In this document: positions 49,321 to 62,639 of the stretch, piece by piece
Numbering within the stretch: position 1 is the stretch's first letter
How the letters are laid out: every line of letters begins with the position of its first letter
NCBI RefSeq assembly: GCF_006345805.1
Contig: NC_043017.1
Coordinates: 27,280,001 to 27,344,000, forward strand
DNA from: Octopus sinensis
Lineage: Eukaryota
DNA length: 64,000 nt
Direction of reading: 5' to 3'
The notes under the pieces: model-generated
Databases searched by the model: none
What the model was told of the DNA's origin: nothing
What the model saw: the letters and a program-made list of their open reading frames with translations, nothing else
Made by a program: the position numbers and the translations under genes

Positions 49321-50734
49321 TACTTTACGTAATTAGTTCAAATTACACCAATATCATCTTCGCATTTTTCTTTCTTTACGAGACGATAGCAATAAGTACT
49401 CGTCAAGTACTGCAGTCGCAGATATCAAGTAAACTCCATCACCTCAAATGTACTAGTGTTGCACCATAATTATCATTATTTTATTACAATGTATAATCAT
49501 CTGAGCCATGGGCAATCTTATCTAACTTTACCCTTCACCAGGGCTCCTGAACAAAAACACAAATAGTCGTGTATACAGCTCAAGAGTAAGGATTGTAGGC
49601 AAACTAATGGTCAGCATCAAATGCCTCTTCGTTTTCCGTGCATGTCATTCATTACTAGATTACCGTGAATCCGGTGGAATTGAGGTTTAACCTGTTTTTG
49701 CTATGGCAGATATAAGGCGTGACAGGGTTAAGAAGTAAACTTCGAAAACACGAAGAAGCTAGTTCAATCCCACTACTTGGGGCGATACATCTAAGAGATT
49801 GTAACATTAGTTGCGGATCGAAAGTTGATGCATTTGTATAATTTGGGACGACGGGAACCACCGAAAAACCTCAGATCTATTTTGGATCATCGAGGGCGCC
49901 GACTTTTCAACCTTAAGACTACCCTTAACTCACTCACATGCGTCTGCAGAATACTTCGCCACTTACAGGCAAATAAAACAAGCAGGAAATTCGGTTTATT
50001 GCGTATATCATTTCGTTATAACCAAAACTCCATTTTATATAAATAGAATAATATTAGCATTTCAATTTCTACAGGTACTCATTTCTTTGTGACTTCCGAA
50101 TTATAGCTACTATTTTTAGTACGCAAACACTATTGTGTGTTGCCTCCAGTGTATAATTATGAATGTCACATACGCAAGATATAGTTTATTGTCTCCATAT
50201 ATTTTTAAACCACTAGCGGCTGCAGTCATAATAATATTCACTGATTTCGATATATATATATATATATATATATATTACTCGTGTATACTTGTTTTCTTTC
50301 TGAAAATATAAAATTTTGACTGTGGGTGCAAATCCACACACACTCTACACTTTCACTTCCCACTCTCTAACACTCGCTCTCTCTCTTTCTCTCGCCATAC
50401 CCCTCGTCAAACTACCTTGTTGGTGATAGCTTTCTTTACTTCAGTGCCTAGGCCTGACTTGAAGCAAATTGTACAGTTCGTGACTATTCATGTTCTTTAA
50501 TCTTTCATTTTCTACAATGTATCTTGAACTAAATTATCGAACGCATTGTTCTTCTTCTTATTATTATTATTATTCAAAATTGAAGAATATGATTATAAAT
50601 ATATTTTGATATTAATTTTACCAGCTGGATCAACTTCGTAGAATCTTTTTTTTTTTAACGTTTTATTTGTTTAAAATTTTGGTACCATGCCGATAATATC
50701 GGTTGAGTGGGTAAATCGGTTACTTCGAACCAAG

Positions 50735-51235
50735 TGATCCAGTGATACCAATTATATCGACCCCGGAATGTTGAAATGCAAAGTCGACCTCGGCGGATTT
50801 TGAACTCGGAACATAAATACGGTCGAAATCCCGGTAAGCATTTTGCTCGGATTAGGAGAGTGCGTCGCTAGAGTTTAGAGCTCTTCCATTCGGGTAGGTG
50901 GTACTAGCACCCGAAGCTTGCTTCCCAACCACATGGTTCCGGACTGAGTCTCACTATGTGGCATTTTGAGTGTATGTTTTGTACTGTACCCTGGAGCTGA
51001 AAGAAGCCCTTCGTATGTATACGCAGGGTATGTTTGTGTGTGTGTTTTCCTCGCTTGACAACGGGTGTTGGCGTCTCTACGTGCCCGTAACTTCGCAGTT
51101 CGCTAAAAAAAAAACTGGCAGAATAAGCACCAGGCTTTAAAAATGTATTGGATTCGATTCATTCGACTAAAATTCTTCACGGCGGTGACCCAGTATGGTT
51201 GCAGTTTAATACCCGAAGCAAGTAAAAAGCAAAAG
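50735..51235. mobile_element. Old SINE-A fragment (minus) followed by old SINE-B (plus, about 50895-51235)
   Basis: gcaaagtcgacctcggcggattttgaactc; gcttcccaaccacatggttcc...gcagaataagcaccaggct. Confidence 0.75.
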
Positions 51236-51574
51236 ACAAAAACAATCAAAACTTCAGCTTGTAGACAGAAATATTCTTCCCTCCATCAGACCTGTCTTAA
51301 CCACAATGCCCAAGATTCTCACTTCAGAGCTTTAGTTTCTTCAGAATTCCCTTCATACCATGTTTGATTTAATTTTCTACAACCGTTAACCTGGAACTAT
51401 TGCAGAGAAATAATAATTGCCTATCTCTCACCAGTATCGGAGGGATTTGAGACGGCAATTAGCAGAGATCTGTACTCAAATATAATACACAGGCATATAT
51501 AACAAAAAGAAATACGTTTAAACGTAAATATGAACATATATATATAATGTATGTAAGTATATATATGTATGTAT

Positions 51575-51609
<35 letters not shown>

Positions 51610-51612
<3 letters not shown>

Positions 51613-52500
51613 GATATAGAGAGAGAGAGATAGATATAGAGAGAGAGAGAGATAGATATAGAGAGAGAGAGAGAGAGATAGATATAGAGAGAGAGAGAGA
51701 GATAGATATAGAGAGAGAGAGAGATAGATATATATAGATAGAGAGAGATAGATATATATAGATAGAGAGAGAGAGATAGATATATATAGATATAGATAGA
51801 GAGAGAGAGATAGATATATATAGATATAGATAGAGAGAGAGAGATAGATATACATAGATATAGATAGAGAGAGAGAGATAGATATACATAGATATAGATA
51901 GAGAGAGAGAGATAGATATACATAGATATAGATAGAGAGAGAGAGATAGATATACATAGATATAGAGAGAGAGAGATAGATATACATAGATATAGATAGA
52001 GAGAGAGAGATAGATATACATAGATATAGATAGAGAGAGAGAGATAGATATATATAGATAGAGAGAGAGAGATAGATATATATAGATATAGAGAGAGAGA
52101 GAGAGATAGATATACATAGATAGAGAGAGAGAGATAGATATACATAGATATAGATAGAGAGAGAGAGAGATAGATATACATAGATATAGATAGAGAGAGA
52201 GAGATAGATATACAGAGATATAGATAGAGAGAGAGAGATAGATATACAGAGATATAGATAGAGAGAGAGAGATAGATATACAGAGATATAGATAGAGAGA
52301 GAGAGATAGATATACAGAGATATAGATAGAGAGAGAGAGATAGATATACATAGATATAGATAGAGAGAGAGAGATAGATATACATAGATATAGATAGAGA
52401 GAGAGAGATAGATATACATAGATATAGATATAGAGAGAGATAGATATACATAGATATAGAGAGATAGAGACATATAGATATATAGACATATAGATATATA
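51610..52500. repeat. Higher-order (GATA/TA/GA) minisatellite, about 30-34 bp units
   Basis: Unit gatagatatacatagatatagatagagagagaga repeated with variable GA length. Confidence 0.93.
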
Positions 52501-52920
52501 TATATATATATATATAATAAAAATACCACCATGCTGTTCAGAAGTTTTCACTGTCTTATACCAGATAGGCAGCGCTTTATATATGGCTGTTAAACGTATT
52601 ATTCTCTAGTTTTTTTCCCTGTCCCTGCCGCTTCGTGATTCTGGAAATAAATATCATTTTCTCCTTATGCAATAAGTAACAGAAGACATTAGCATGTCAG
52701 TGTTCATGTATTCACTTACTTATTGCATGCTGTTCCCGTAGTATTATGTTTAGCAATTAAATACTTTATGCAGAGATCACGGTCGGTATCACATGGTGGA
52801 GCTTTCCATGAGGTAGAGAAGTTTGCGATGTTGCTTTAATGAACTGCTACTTATTTCGTTTTCGTATCAGTTTTTTATGATTTTTAGCAATACATCAAGA
52901 AAACATACACTGATAGATAT

Positions 52921-52956
<36 letters not shown>

Positions 52957-53049
52957 ATACACACACACACACACATATCAATGGCGGTGCCCCGGCATGG
53001 CCACAGCTCGTGAGCTGAAACTAGAGTAATATATATATGTGTGTGTGTG

Positions 53050-53345
53050 CGTGTGTGTATATATGTATATAGTACATATACTTATATATGTGTATATATG
53101 CATGTATATATATATGTATATAGTACAAATACTTATATATGTGTATATATGCATGTATATATATATGTATATAGTACATATACTTATATATGTGTATATA
53201 TGCATGTATATATATATGTATATAGTACATATACTTATATATGTGTATATATGCATGTATATATATATGTATATAGTACATATACTTATATATGTGTATA
53301 TATGCATGTATATATATATGTATATAGTACATATACTTATATATG
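53050..53345. repeat. 51-bp-unit minisatellite built from TA/TG repeats
   Basis: Translations repeat with a 17-aa period ([17 protein letters not shown]), about 5-6 units. Confidence 0.9.
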
Positions 53346-54620
53346 TGTATACTTGCATTGATATATATATGCACATATATATATATATACGTATATATAT
53401 ATATATACATATACGTATATATATATATATAAATATATATATGTGCATATATATATCAATGCATGTATACACATATATCAGTATATGTACTATATATATA
53501 TATATATATATACATGCATATATACACGTCAATGCATGTATACACATATATAAATATATGTACTATATACATATATATATGCATATATACACATATATAA
53601 GTATATGTACTTTCATGATCGAAAACCGACGTTCTTGTTGAGCACTGGGATTGATGTAACTGAACCCCTCTTTAAAAACTTGCTGCCTCTTTACTAAACT
53701 TTGAAAACTGTATTACATTTTCGATTCGAGTTTTTAATTTTGTTTGAAGTCGGTGGGCATGGCAGGATCGTCACTGCGCCGGGAAAAATGCATAACGTTT
53801 CAACTGTCTATACTATCCGAGTTCCAAAACCAGCTTGTTCGACCTTACCTTTCATCCTGTCGGGGTCGATAAAACGTGTATCAGTAACGCACTGTAGTCG
53901 ATATAATCATTTCATCCCTTTCCCCGAAATTCCTGGCCATATGCCAGAGATTTTGAACCTAATCTTTCATTTTGTTTACCGAAATTTCCTTTCGCATGCA
54001 TTCAAGGACCACTCTTATCAGTTTAGCAGTTTCAATTGCTCTAATTACCATATCGTTTTGCCTTGGAATGTATTTGTATATCTTTAGATATGACTCTGGT
54101 TCATATGATTTCCCAGCTTGTGAAGTATTCTTTAAAATATCTTGTTCCGATTCTTGCATCTTTCACACCTACAGGCGGCGGTAAAAATTGATTTGCGACC
54201 TCTAACACATGGATCTGCGATATTACAACGCCATTCGACAAGCTAATGGATAAAAAATTCTCTAGGCAGTTGATAATTATGTCAACTAAAAGAACATTGT
54301 CTGGTATTTTCTGGGTAGAGGCCTGGACGATTATATCGACTCCGATGCTTATTTGGAAAGTATTATATTGACCCCGAAAGAATGGAAGACAGAGTTAACC
54401 TCGGTGAATGTTGAACTCGAAATGTAACGTCGGAAATGCAGCTAAGCACTTGTTCCGTGTGCTAACAATTCTATGAGTTCGCCGTCCCATAGCCAGTTTA
54501 TAATACCATCGCCTATATTATATCTCTGCTTTCTATTCAGTTTCCTAGTTGTGGCTTAGACTTTCAGGTTTTGTTCAAATATTTCATTCGGTTGTTTTCT
54601 TATATTAACAAATTTACAAA

Positions 54621-55402
54621 AGCGGTGAGCTGGCAGAAAGGTTAGCACGCAGGGCAAAAATGTTTAGCGGTATTTCGTCTGCAGTTACGTTCTGAGTTCA
54701 AATTCCGCCGAGGTCGACTTTGCCTTTCATCCTTTCGGGGTCGATAAATTAAGTACCCGTTACGCACTGGGGTCGATATCGTCGACTTAATCCGTTTGTC
54801 TGTTCTTGTTAGTCCTCTCTGTGTTTAGCCCCCTGTGGGTAGTAAAGAAATAAGTATTTCGTTTGCCGTTACGTTCTGAGTTCAATTTCCGCCGAGGTCA
54901 GCTTTGCCTTTCATCCTAACGGGGCCGTTTAAATAAGTAGCAGTCACGTAATGGGGTCGATATAATCGACTTAATCCGTTTGTCTGTTCTTGTTTGTCTT
55001 CTCTGTGTTTAGTCCCTTGTGGGTAGTAAAGAAATAAGTATTTCGTTTGCCGTTACGTTCGGAGTTCTATTTCCGCCGAGGTCGACTTTACCTTTCATCC
55101 TTTCGGGGTCGATAAATTAAGTACCAGTTACGCACTGGAGTCGATATAATCGACTTAATCCGTTTGTATGTTCATGTTTGTCCTCTCTGTGTTTAGCCCC
55201 TTGTGGGTAGTAAAGAAATAAGTATTTCGTTTGCCGTTACGTTCTGAGTTCAATTTCCGCCGAGTTCGACATTGCCTTTCATCCTTTCGGGGTCGATAAA
55301 TTAAGTATCAGTTACTCACTGAGGTCGATATAATCGACTTAATCCGTTTGTCTGTCTTTGTTTGTCCCTTCTGTGTTTAGACCCCTGTGGGTAGTAAAGA
55401 AA
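54621..55402 (+). mobile_element. SINE-A tetramer
   Basis: One head, junctions gtatttcg at 54854, 55038 and 55222 (184-bp period). Confidence 0.93.
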
Positions 55403-55407
55403 CATGC

Positions 55408-56010
55408 AGGTGGTGAGCTGGCAGAATAGTTAGCACGCCGGGCGAAATGCTCAGCAGTATTTCGTCTGTCGCTACTCTGAGTTCAAATTCCGCCGAGAAC
55501 GACTTTGCCTTTTATCTTTCCGGGGTCGATTAAATAAGTACCTGTTACGCACTGGGGTCGATATGGTCGACTTAATCCGTTTGTCTGTCCTTGTTTGTCC
55601 TCCCTGTGTTTAGCCCCTTCTGGGTAGTAAAGAAATATAAATAGGTATTTTGTCTGCCGTTACGTTCTGAGTTCAAATTCCGCCGAGGTCAACTTTGTCT
55701 TTCATCCTATGGGGGCCGATTAAATAAGTAGCAGTCACGTAATGGGGTCGATATAATCGACTTAATCCGTTTGTCTGTCCTTGTTTGTCCACTCTATGTT
55801 TAGCCTCTTGTGGGTAGTAAAGAAATAGGTATTTCGTCTGCCGTTACGTTCTAAGTTCAAATCCCGCTGAGGTCGACTTTGCCTTTCATCCTTTCGGGGT
55901 CAATAAATTAAGTATCAGTTACGCACTGGGATCGATGTAACAGGCGTAATACCTTTGCCTGTCCTTGTTTGACCCCTCTATGTTTAGCCCCTTGAGGGCA
56001 ATAAAGAAGT
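55408..56010 (+). mobile_element. SINE-A trimer directly downstream
   Basis: New head ggtggtgagctggcag, junctions near 55645 and 55829. Confidence 0.92.
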
Positions 56011-56829
56011 AAGAATCTCCAAGAGCATGCCAAGGCAAAATAGCGTTTTGTCTTTTCAATTATTTCTGCTCTCCGTTCTGAGTTCAAATTTCGCCGAGTT
56101 TGATTTCGACGTTCATCATTTTGCGATCTATAAAATAAGTACCGGTTCACCAATGATGCAAAAAAATCAACTAAACCCCTTAACAAACATTTCACACATT
56201 AATTTCTTTTCAAGAAAGACAACAAAATTAAGAATATTACAGGTGTTTGTTCAACTAATGGCTTTTTTGTTGTGCTTGATTTTCATATTCAATTTTCCAA
56301 TTTCGTATGCTTGCAAGCTATTAAAATTTTAATATTAAACCCATTCTTCCCAATATATATAATTACTAATAAATATATATATATATCATTATTTTCCCCC
56401 TTTTCTCCATTTTCTCATATTGCCTTGTTATTCCTTCCTGACTGTGTGTGTGTGTGTATATGCGTGTAAGTTGAATCCCCGTTGCTCTCATCAACCTCCG
56501 CTCATTTCCTAGGATACATATTTGACACGTGACCAGAATGAGTTCACGTATGCTTTTCCGCAGAAAGGAAATAATCCTATTAGAGGTGTTTTTTCTTTCA
56601 TCCCGTTATTATAATTACTACTACTACTACTACTACTACGGCTATTGTTGCTACTATGGCTATTGTTAATATTAATATCGTTCTTATTCTATAATATTGC
56701 TTTCCTTATATATGGAACTATTTATATACTGCGTTATTTTCAATTCACCCAAAGCTGGATTTTTCAAATACATACACTTGAACTAAGATTGCTACCGAGA
56801 GATAATTATAGTAAGGATATTTTTAACGT

Positions 56830-57412
56830 CTGATATATATATATATAATATATACACACGTGTGTGTGTTTATGTATATAAACACATATATATGTATTTA
56901 TATATCTATTTATATGTACACACACATGTTTGTGTATATATATATATATGTGACTGTGTATTTATATATATATGTATTTATATATATATGTATTTATATA
57001 TATGTGTGTATTTATATATATATATGTGTATATTTATATATATATATATGTATATTTATATATGTATGTGTGTGTATTTATATTTATATATGTATGTGTG
57101 TGTATTTATATATATATATGTATGTGTGTGTATTTATATATATATATGTATGTGTGGTATTTATATATATATATATGTATGTGTGTGTATTTATATATAT
57201 ATATATGTATGTGTGTGTATTTATATATATGTATGTGTGTGTATTTATATATATATATATGTGTGTGTGTATTTATATATATATATGTATGTGTGGTATT
57301 TATATATATATATGTATGTGTGTGTATTTATATATATATATATGTATGTGTGTGTATTTATATATATATATATGTATGTGTGTGTATTTATATATATGTA
57401 TGTGTGTGTATT

Positions 57413-57445
<33 letters not shown>

Positions 57446-57452
57446 ATTTATT

Positions 57453-57507
<55 letters not shown>

Positions 57508-57600
57508 GCGTATGTATATATATATATATATACATATATATACATGTATGTACATATGTTTTTTATGAATATATATGTGTATGTATATATGTATGTATAC
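56830..57600. repeat. (TA)n(TG)n compound tract with about 30-bp superperiod
   Basis: Recurrent gtatgtgtgtgtatttatatat. Confidence 0.93.
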
Positions 57601-58740
57601 ACACGCATGGCCGCAGCTCTCCCACTAAAACTAGTAACGAACAGTATAGAAATATATATATTTGACGTATTTATTTCTATGTTTGTTTTGATGTTGGTGT
57701 ATATCTGAACGTGTGTGCTCGCATGTGTGTGCGTTTGTGTGTACACTTGTTAGTGGAGATTCTGTTTTGACTTCCTCTGCTGTACTTTGTTTTTTTTTTA
57801 TCTTTTTTTCATCTTCTTTTCTATTATATATCTGGAATTCTTCATCGTTTTGCTTCGCTTCCAAAGATTTCCAAAGCACTGGCAACCAGCACCATAACTT
57901 CCTACAGAGATATTAGGTAGATAACTGGCAGGAGGATTTTGCTTATATATTTTCATATGCTATTTTTTGTTATTTTTTTTTTTACTTCGTAGTTCATTTA
58001 TATATTTGCTTTTGTTTTCCTTTGGTTTCCGTTTTTTTCTTTTACTTATGTTATTTTATTTTATTTCTAGTTTCCAAGTGTCTGTCTTTATATATTTCAG
58101 TCTTAAACTTTTCTCCGAGTCGATCTTTTTATATCTTTCTTTACATATATCTATATATTTTTTTTTCTTCCATAACTTTAGAATTCTCTCCATGAAATGC
58201 TCGGGATGTTTCTTCTTATTTTAAATATTTCTCTGCCAAAAGATACACAACTGACTTTTCTATGCAACAAATAAATACGAACATTAGCATACAAAATATG
58301 GGTATGTGTGTCTCCGCACGCGCGTGTGTAGGGTTATCGATTGAAATTTTCTGATGCCCACCGTGTGCCCCGTGGTCCCAGTCCTGGATAAAGACTTCAG
58401 AGATTGGTTTAAGTCACTCGAGCACTACTGTTGACTTTATATAAGGTGTATATATATATATATATATATTATTTACATAATTATTTATATATATATTTAT
58501 TTACATAATTATTTATATATATATTTATTTACATATGTATTTATATATTTATTTATGTATTTATATATACATATATATATATTTATATACATGGCCACAG
58601 CTTGTGAGCTGAAACTAGATAAAAAATATATTTATTTATATTTATACGTATATATCTATTTATATATATTTGCGTATATATATATATATTTATTTATATT
58701 TATATATATTTGCGTATATATATATATATATATTTATTTA

Positions 58741-58776
<36 letters not shown>

Positions 58777-58779
<3 letters not shown>

Positions 58780-59486
58780 CAACAATTGAGGGTAAAATTA
58801 ATTAATTATTAATCAATTTCACCAAGTATTCAGTATGTAAAGGGACCATTTAAGGCGAATTCAAAATATTACATTATATAAAAGGGCTTAGTAAAATAAA
58901 TTACTTTGCCACATACTGAACTCATTAGAAATAGCAGCTAAAAAATTTTTTTAGCCATTTCTAATACTTAAAGAAAATCTCTCTCAGATAGTGTTTGCTC
59001 AAACCAACTCACGAAGGTATGGGGGTAAAAACATTAAAAAATCACAAGTGCAAAGGTTATTTGAGAACGTACGTTTCTAGATTAGTCAAATCGACATTTC
59101 TTTCGTCAGCTCAGAACTCCTTGATTCGGATTTGGGAACACTGAAAGTGGGAGCATACCCATTTGGCTTCTTATCACCTCCGGAAATCCGCTCGAACTAA
59201 CAGTGCTAACAAAGTCAAAATATGCAAGCGAAGAATTTCTTCTCTCCCCTTTCCACCAGCGTGGGTTAAAATTGGCAAACACTATGTTTTATCGGTGAAA
59301 ACCGAAGCATTAAACAGAGAGAAATGAATTATAATTTCAACAATTGAGGGTAAAATTAATTAATTATTAATCAATTTCACCAAGTATTTAGTATGTAAAG
59401 GGACCATTTAAGGCGAATTCAAAATATTACATTATATAAAAGGGCTTAGTAAAAAGGGCTTATTTTACTAAGCCCTTTTATATAAT
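58777..59486 (-). mobile_element. Non-coding Penelope-like or retrozyme-like element: 120-bp direct repeats, 558-bp period, terminal fold-back, in (TA)n
   Basis: DR1 58777-58896 and DR2 59335-59454 differ at 1 base. A 24-bp perfect inverted repeat spans 59431-59454 / 59463-59486 with an 8-nt loop. No ORF in the track. Confidence 0.8.
59062..59113 (-). ncRNA. Candidate minimal type I hammerhead ribozyme
   Basis: Minus strand UGAG-CUGACGA-(AAGAAAUGUCGAUUUGACUAAUCUA)-GAAAC-GUAC-GUU-CUCA: 4-bp stem I, palindromic stem III, interrupted stem II. Confidence 0.6.
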
Positions 59487-59691
59487 TATATATATATATA
59501 TATAAGAAGGTGAATGAATTATCCTAGTATGGATAATTCGGTTAACCGGTACCTGGGTAGCAAATTCACGTCAGAAAACACGGTTGAAGCTATATGCCAA
59601 GGGCAGTGATCCCCTGTTCTCGTGTGTAAATTTGTGTGTTTTTTTTTAACTATGAATAAACGAAAGAGTCGTTCGACTCCATTCTTTCATT

Positions 59692-59726
<35 letters not shown>

Positions 59727-60041
59727 TACATACATACATACATATATATGGCCTACTCGCTTAGACAGCGGGGTGGCGTCATTTGAAGGCTAAAACAATG
59801 CGAAGCGCATTGTGACCGGCGATGTGTAGCAACATCTGATAGTCTGGTGGATCACGGTGATATACATATATATGTATGTTCGTATGTATGCATGTAACAT
59901 GCAAAGTCGCTAGTTAGAAATTCGCTATGAGACATATAAAAGTAGCAACTAAACTGAAAAGTAATGTTTGTGTCTCCTCTTGCTAGTCATCGTTGCAATC
60001 AGCACCTGGGACTTTTTGCAAGCATGGGAGCGAAACCTTAC

Positions 60042-60224
60042 CATATCTCTGTCGGGTGGGTTTTCACCATTGATAATAGGCACAAACAGCCCTAAACCCT
60101 GCTCTCTGTTGATCCGGTCGTCTGATAGAAGATGGTATAGATTCTCTGTATCTTGTGCGGGTAGCATTGATAACCAGCTGGAGAAGACTCTTCCCGGGGT
60201 TAGAAACTGTAGTAACGTCGATTC
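60042..60224 (-). CDS. Possible 183-nt phase-0 exon of an unidentified gene
   Basis: Bounded by ccatag| and |gtaagg; open 61 codons ESTLLQFLTPGRVFSSWLSMLPAQDTENLYHLLSDDRINREQGLGLFVPIINGENPPDRDM; the other two frames have stops. No homology recognised and the acceptor is weak. Confidence 0.25.
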
Positions 60225-60961
60225 CTATGGGGCAGCCATATTGATGTGGGGATCAACATTACTCTTTGATAAGCTGTAATCTTAATTCTTCAAACCTGAG
60301 TTTGCGTGATTCACTAATCAGCGTTTCTCGCCACCAATCACCTGTTGACACATGTTTGCGCATCATGTGATGTTTACTCTGACCTCAAGTAGGAGCACCA
60401 ATCAGAAATCCGGTTATGTCTTAATTTGTACGTCATTGAATTGATTGTGAAAGAATCTTAGTTACGGAAACCCAAATTGCTCAAATCGTAAATGACGCAA
60501 GTCATCAAAGAGAAGATAACTCCATAGAAAACTTGCATCTGTATATCGAATGGTTTTGAGCACTTTTCTTCTATCGCTGTTGATGTATTTTAGTTTCCTA
60601 GGAACCCCAACATTAGTAGAAATTCATGAAGACTGAGTATATTTATTGATTTAAGGGCCTTTTACAATATACCATAGCATAACCAAGAACTTTGTGCATA
60701 TTCGTTGCTGCTGACTGCGAAAATGGTATAGCACTAAGAAATAGGCATAAAAATATTGGAAACCTATTTATTGTCTGCGGTAGAGAGGCATTTTTATATT
60801 ATAAGTAGAAGACTATTGTAGGCTGACAAAATATCAATGATGTTGGATAAAATACATGGTTTTACAGAGTTACATCCATTTAGATTTTGATTTCACATTT
60901 GCCCATGTAGAATTTGTTTTTGTTGTGTTGCAGTGGTGCCAAAATAATATACCAGTCAAAT

Positions 60962-61354
60962 GCTGCTTACCAACCACTTGGTTCCAAGTCCAGTCCCACT
61001 GCGTGGCACGTTGGGCAAGTGTTTCTACTATAGCTTCAGGCTGACCAAAGCCTTGTGAATGGATTTGGTAGACGGAAACTGAAAGAAGCCTGTCGTATAT
61101 ATGTCTATATATATATATAATGTATATATATATATATGTGTGTGTGTGTTTGTTTTCTGTGTTTGTCCCCCAACATCGCTTGACAACCGATGCTGGCGTG
61201 TTTACATCCGAGTCACTTAACGGTTCGGCAAAAGAGACCGATAGAATAAGTACTAGGCTTACAAAGAATGTCCTGTGGTCTATTTCTTCGATTAAAGGCG
61301 GTACTCCAGCTTGGCCGCAGTCAAATGACGGAAAGAAGTAAATGAGTAAAAGAG
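60962..61354 (+). mobile_element. SINE-B (5' end eroded)
   Basis: Consensus match. Confidence 0.87.
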
Positions 61355-62639
61355 TACTTCTCTCTCAAAATTTTGATTTTATTGTCTGTGTAACGAAGTG
61401 ACAAAGAAAAAGTCCTGGTGGCTGCAAAAGGAATCTTTGGAGCGTAGAACAAAATGTCTTATATTTCGCTAAAACTATTTGTATTGCGAATTCAAGCCCC
61501 ATCAGATTCAACTTTGCTATCCATGCTTCTTAGAGTCAAGAAAAAAAATATCACTGAAATACGGCTTTCAATGAAATCCACTACATTTATCCCTAACATT
61601 TATGTCCTGTTTCCTATATTCGAAATTAATATTTCAACAAGAATGAAGCAATGTACTGCCAAAATCGATTGAAAAATTCGAACAACATTCCTTGCAACAT
61701 TCGGTTCGGTACTGTTACGTTCTTATTACGAATGCCTTCAATATTGACTTTGCTCGTCTTCCTACCAAGGTCAATAACTTATGTATCTGTGAATTATTGA
61801 GGTCGATATAATCGAGTTTACTTAACCTGGTATTTCTGTTTTTGTGTCTATGTTATAGATTCATATTCCTGCAAGAACATAACTCTACGCTTTGGAATAA
61901 ATTAATTACAGATTAATTCCAGAATATCCATTAATTCAATGTAAAATTTTAATGTATAATTCATCGTATATTTTTAAATATCCGGTTTAATGTAGTGAAA
62001 AATTGTGGCTAGTGAAGGCTTTAAGATAAGAGAACCACGGACGTCAGCATGTCTGTTTCAATATTCGATATAGATAATCGTATAATCGCACTTGTACACT
62101 AACTGCTTTTTCACACCCTAAAACAGAATACTAAAAATTGCCTATTTATGTTTTTTTCTTGTTTATCCTAACATCCGAACTGATCAAACTCAGTTCTGGC
62201 AATAAGCATTTCGATCACAACCAACGCAAATTTTACCCAACATATTGCGTCTAAATTATAATATCTAATATCTTATTCCCCTCTTTGATACAGTACGTTT
62301 TGTGATAGATGTTACTGCACTTTTGTTTACTCGTATATTTTGTTATGAAGTTGAGTGTTTTGCATAATATCTTTGCTAAATTCTATTCACCCAAGTATCC
62401 GGTGTTAGTTGTTTACTTTCATCTGCATAACATCGAGGAAAGGAAAAGAGGTGTATGGAAGACGTCTATAAAATTATATCCATGTAAATTTTAAAGATTT
62501 CTAAACAATCCCCTAATGATTCAAGTTGTAGGAATACTTTTGTTAGACTTACAGTCAAACAATTCACTAATCCCTGGTCGCTGGGGGTTACAAGTCACGC
62601 CTCTGTAATGACAGAACTAGAAATTTCAAATGAAAGATT

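Noticed and set aside
53959-54184. Short ORFs with a hydrophobic stretch and nearby acceptor-like sites
   Set aside because: Frames downstream of the candidate acceptors hit stops quickly; no recognisable homology.
54621-56010. Regularly spaced repeats suggesting a CRISPR array
   Set aside because: The units are contiguous 184-bp SINE bodies with no unique spacers; eukaryotic context; no cas genes.
9736-58812. Dozens of long ORFs rich in Y/I/M/C/V/H or S/L in the supplied track (up to 376 aa)
   Set aside because: They are translations of (TA)n, (TATG)n, (ATAC)n and (GA/TA)n tracts that lack stop codons in some frames.
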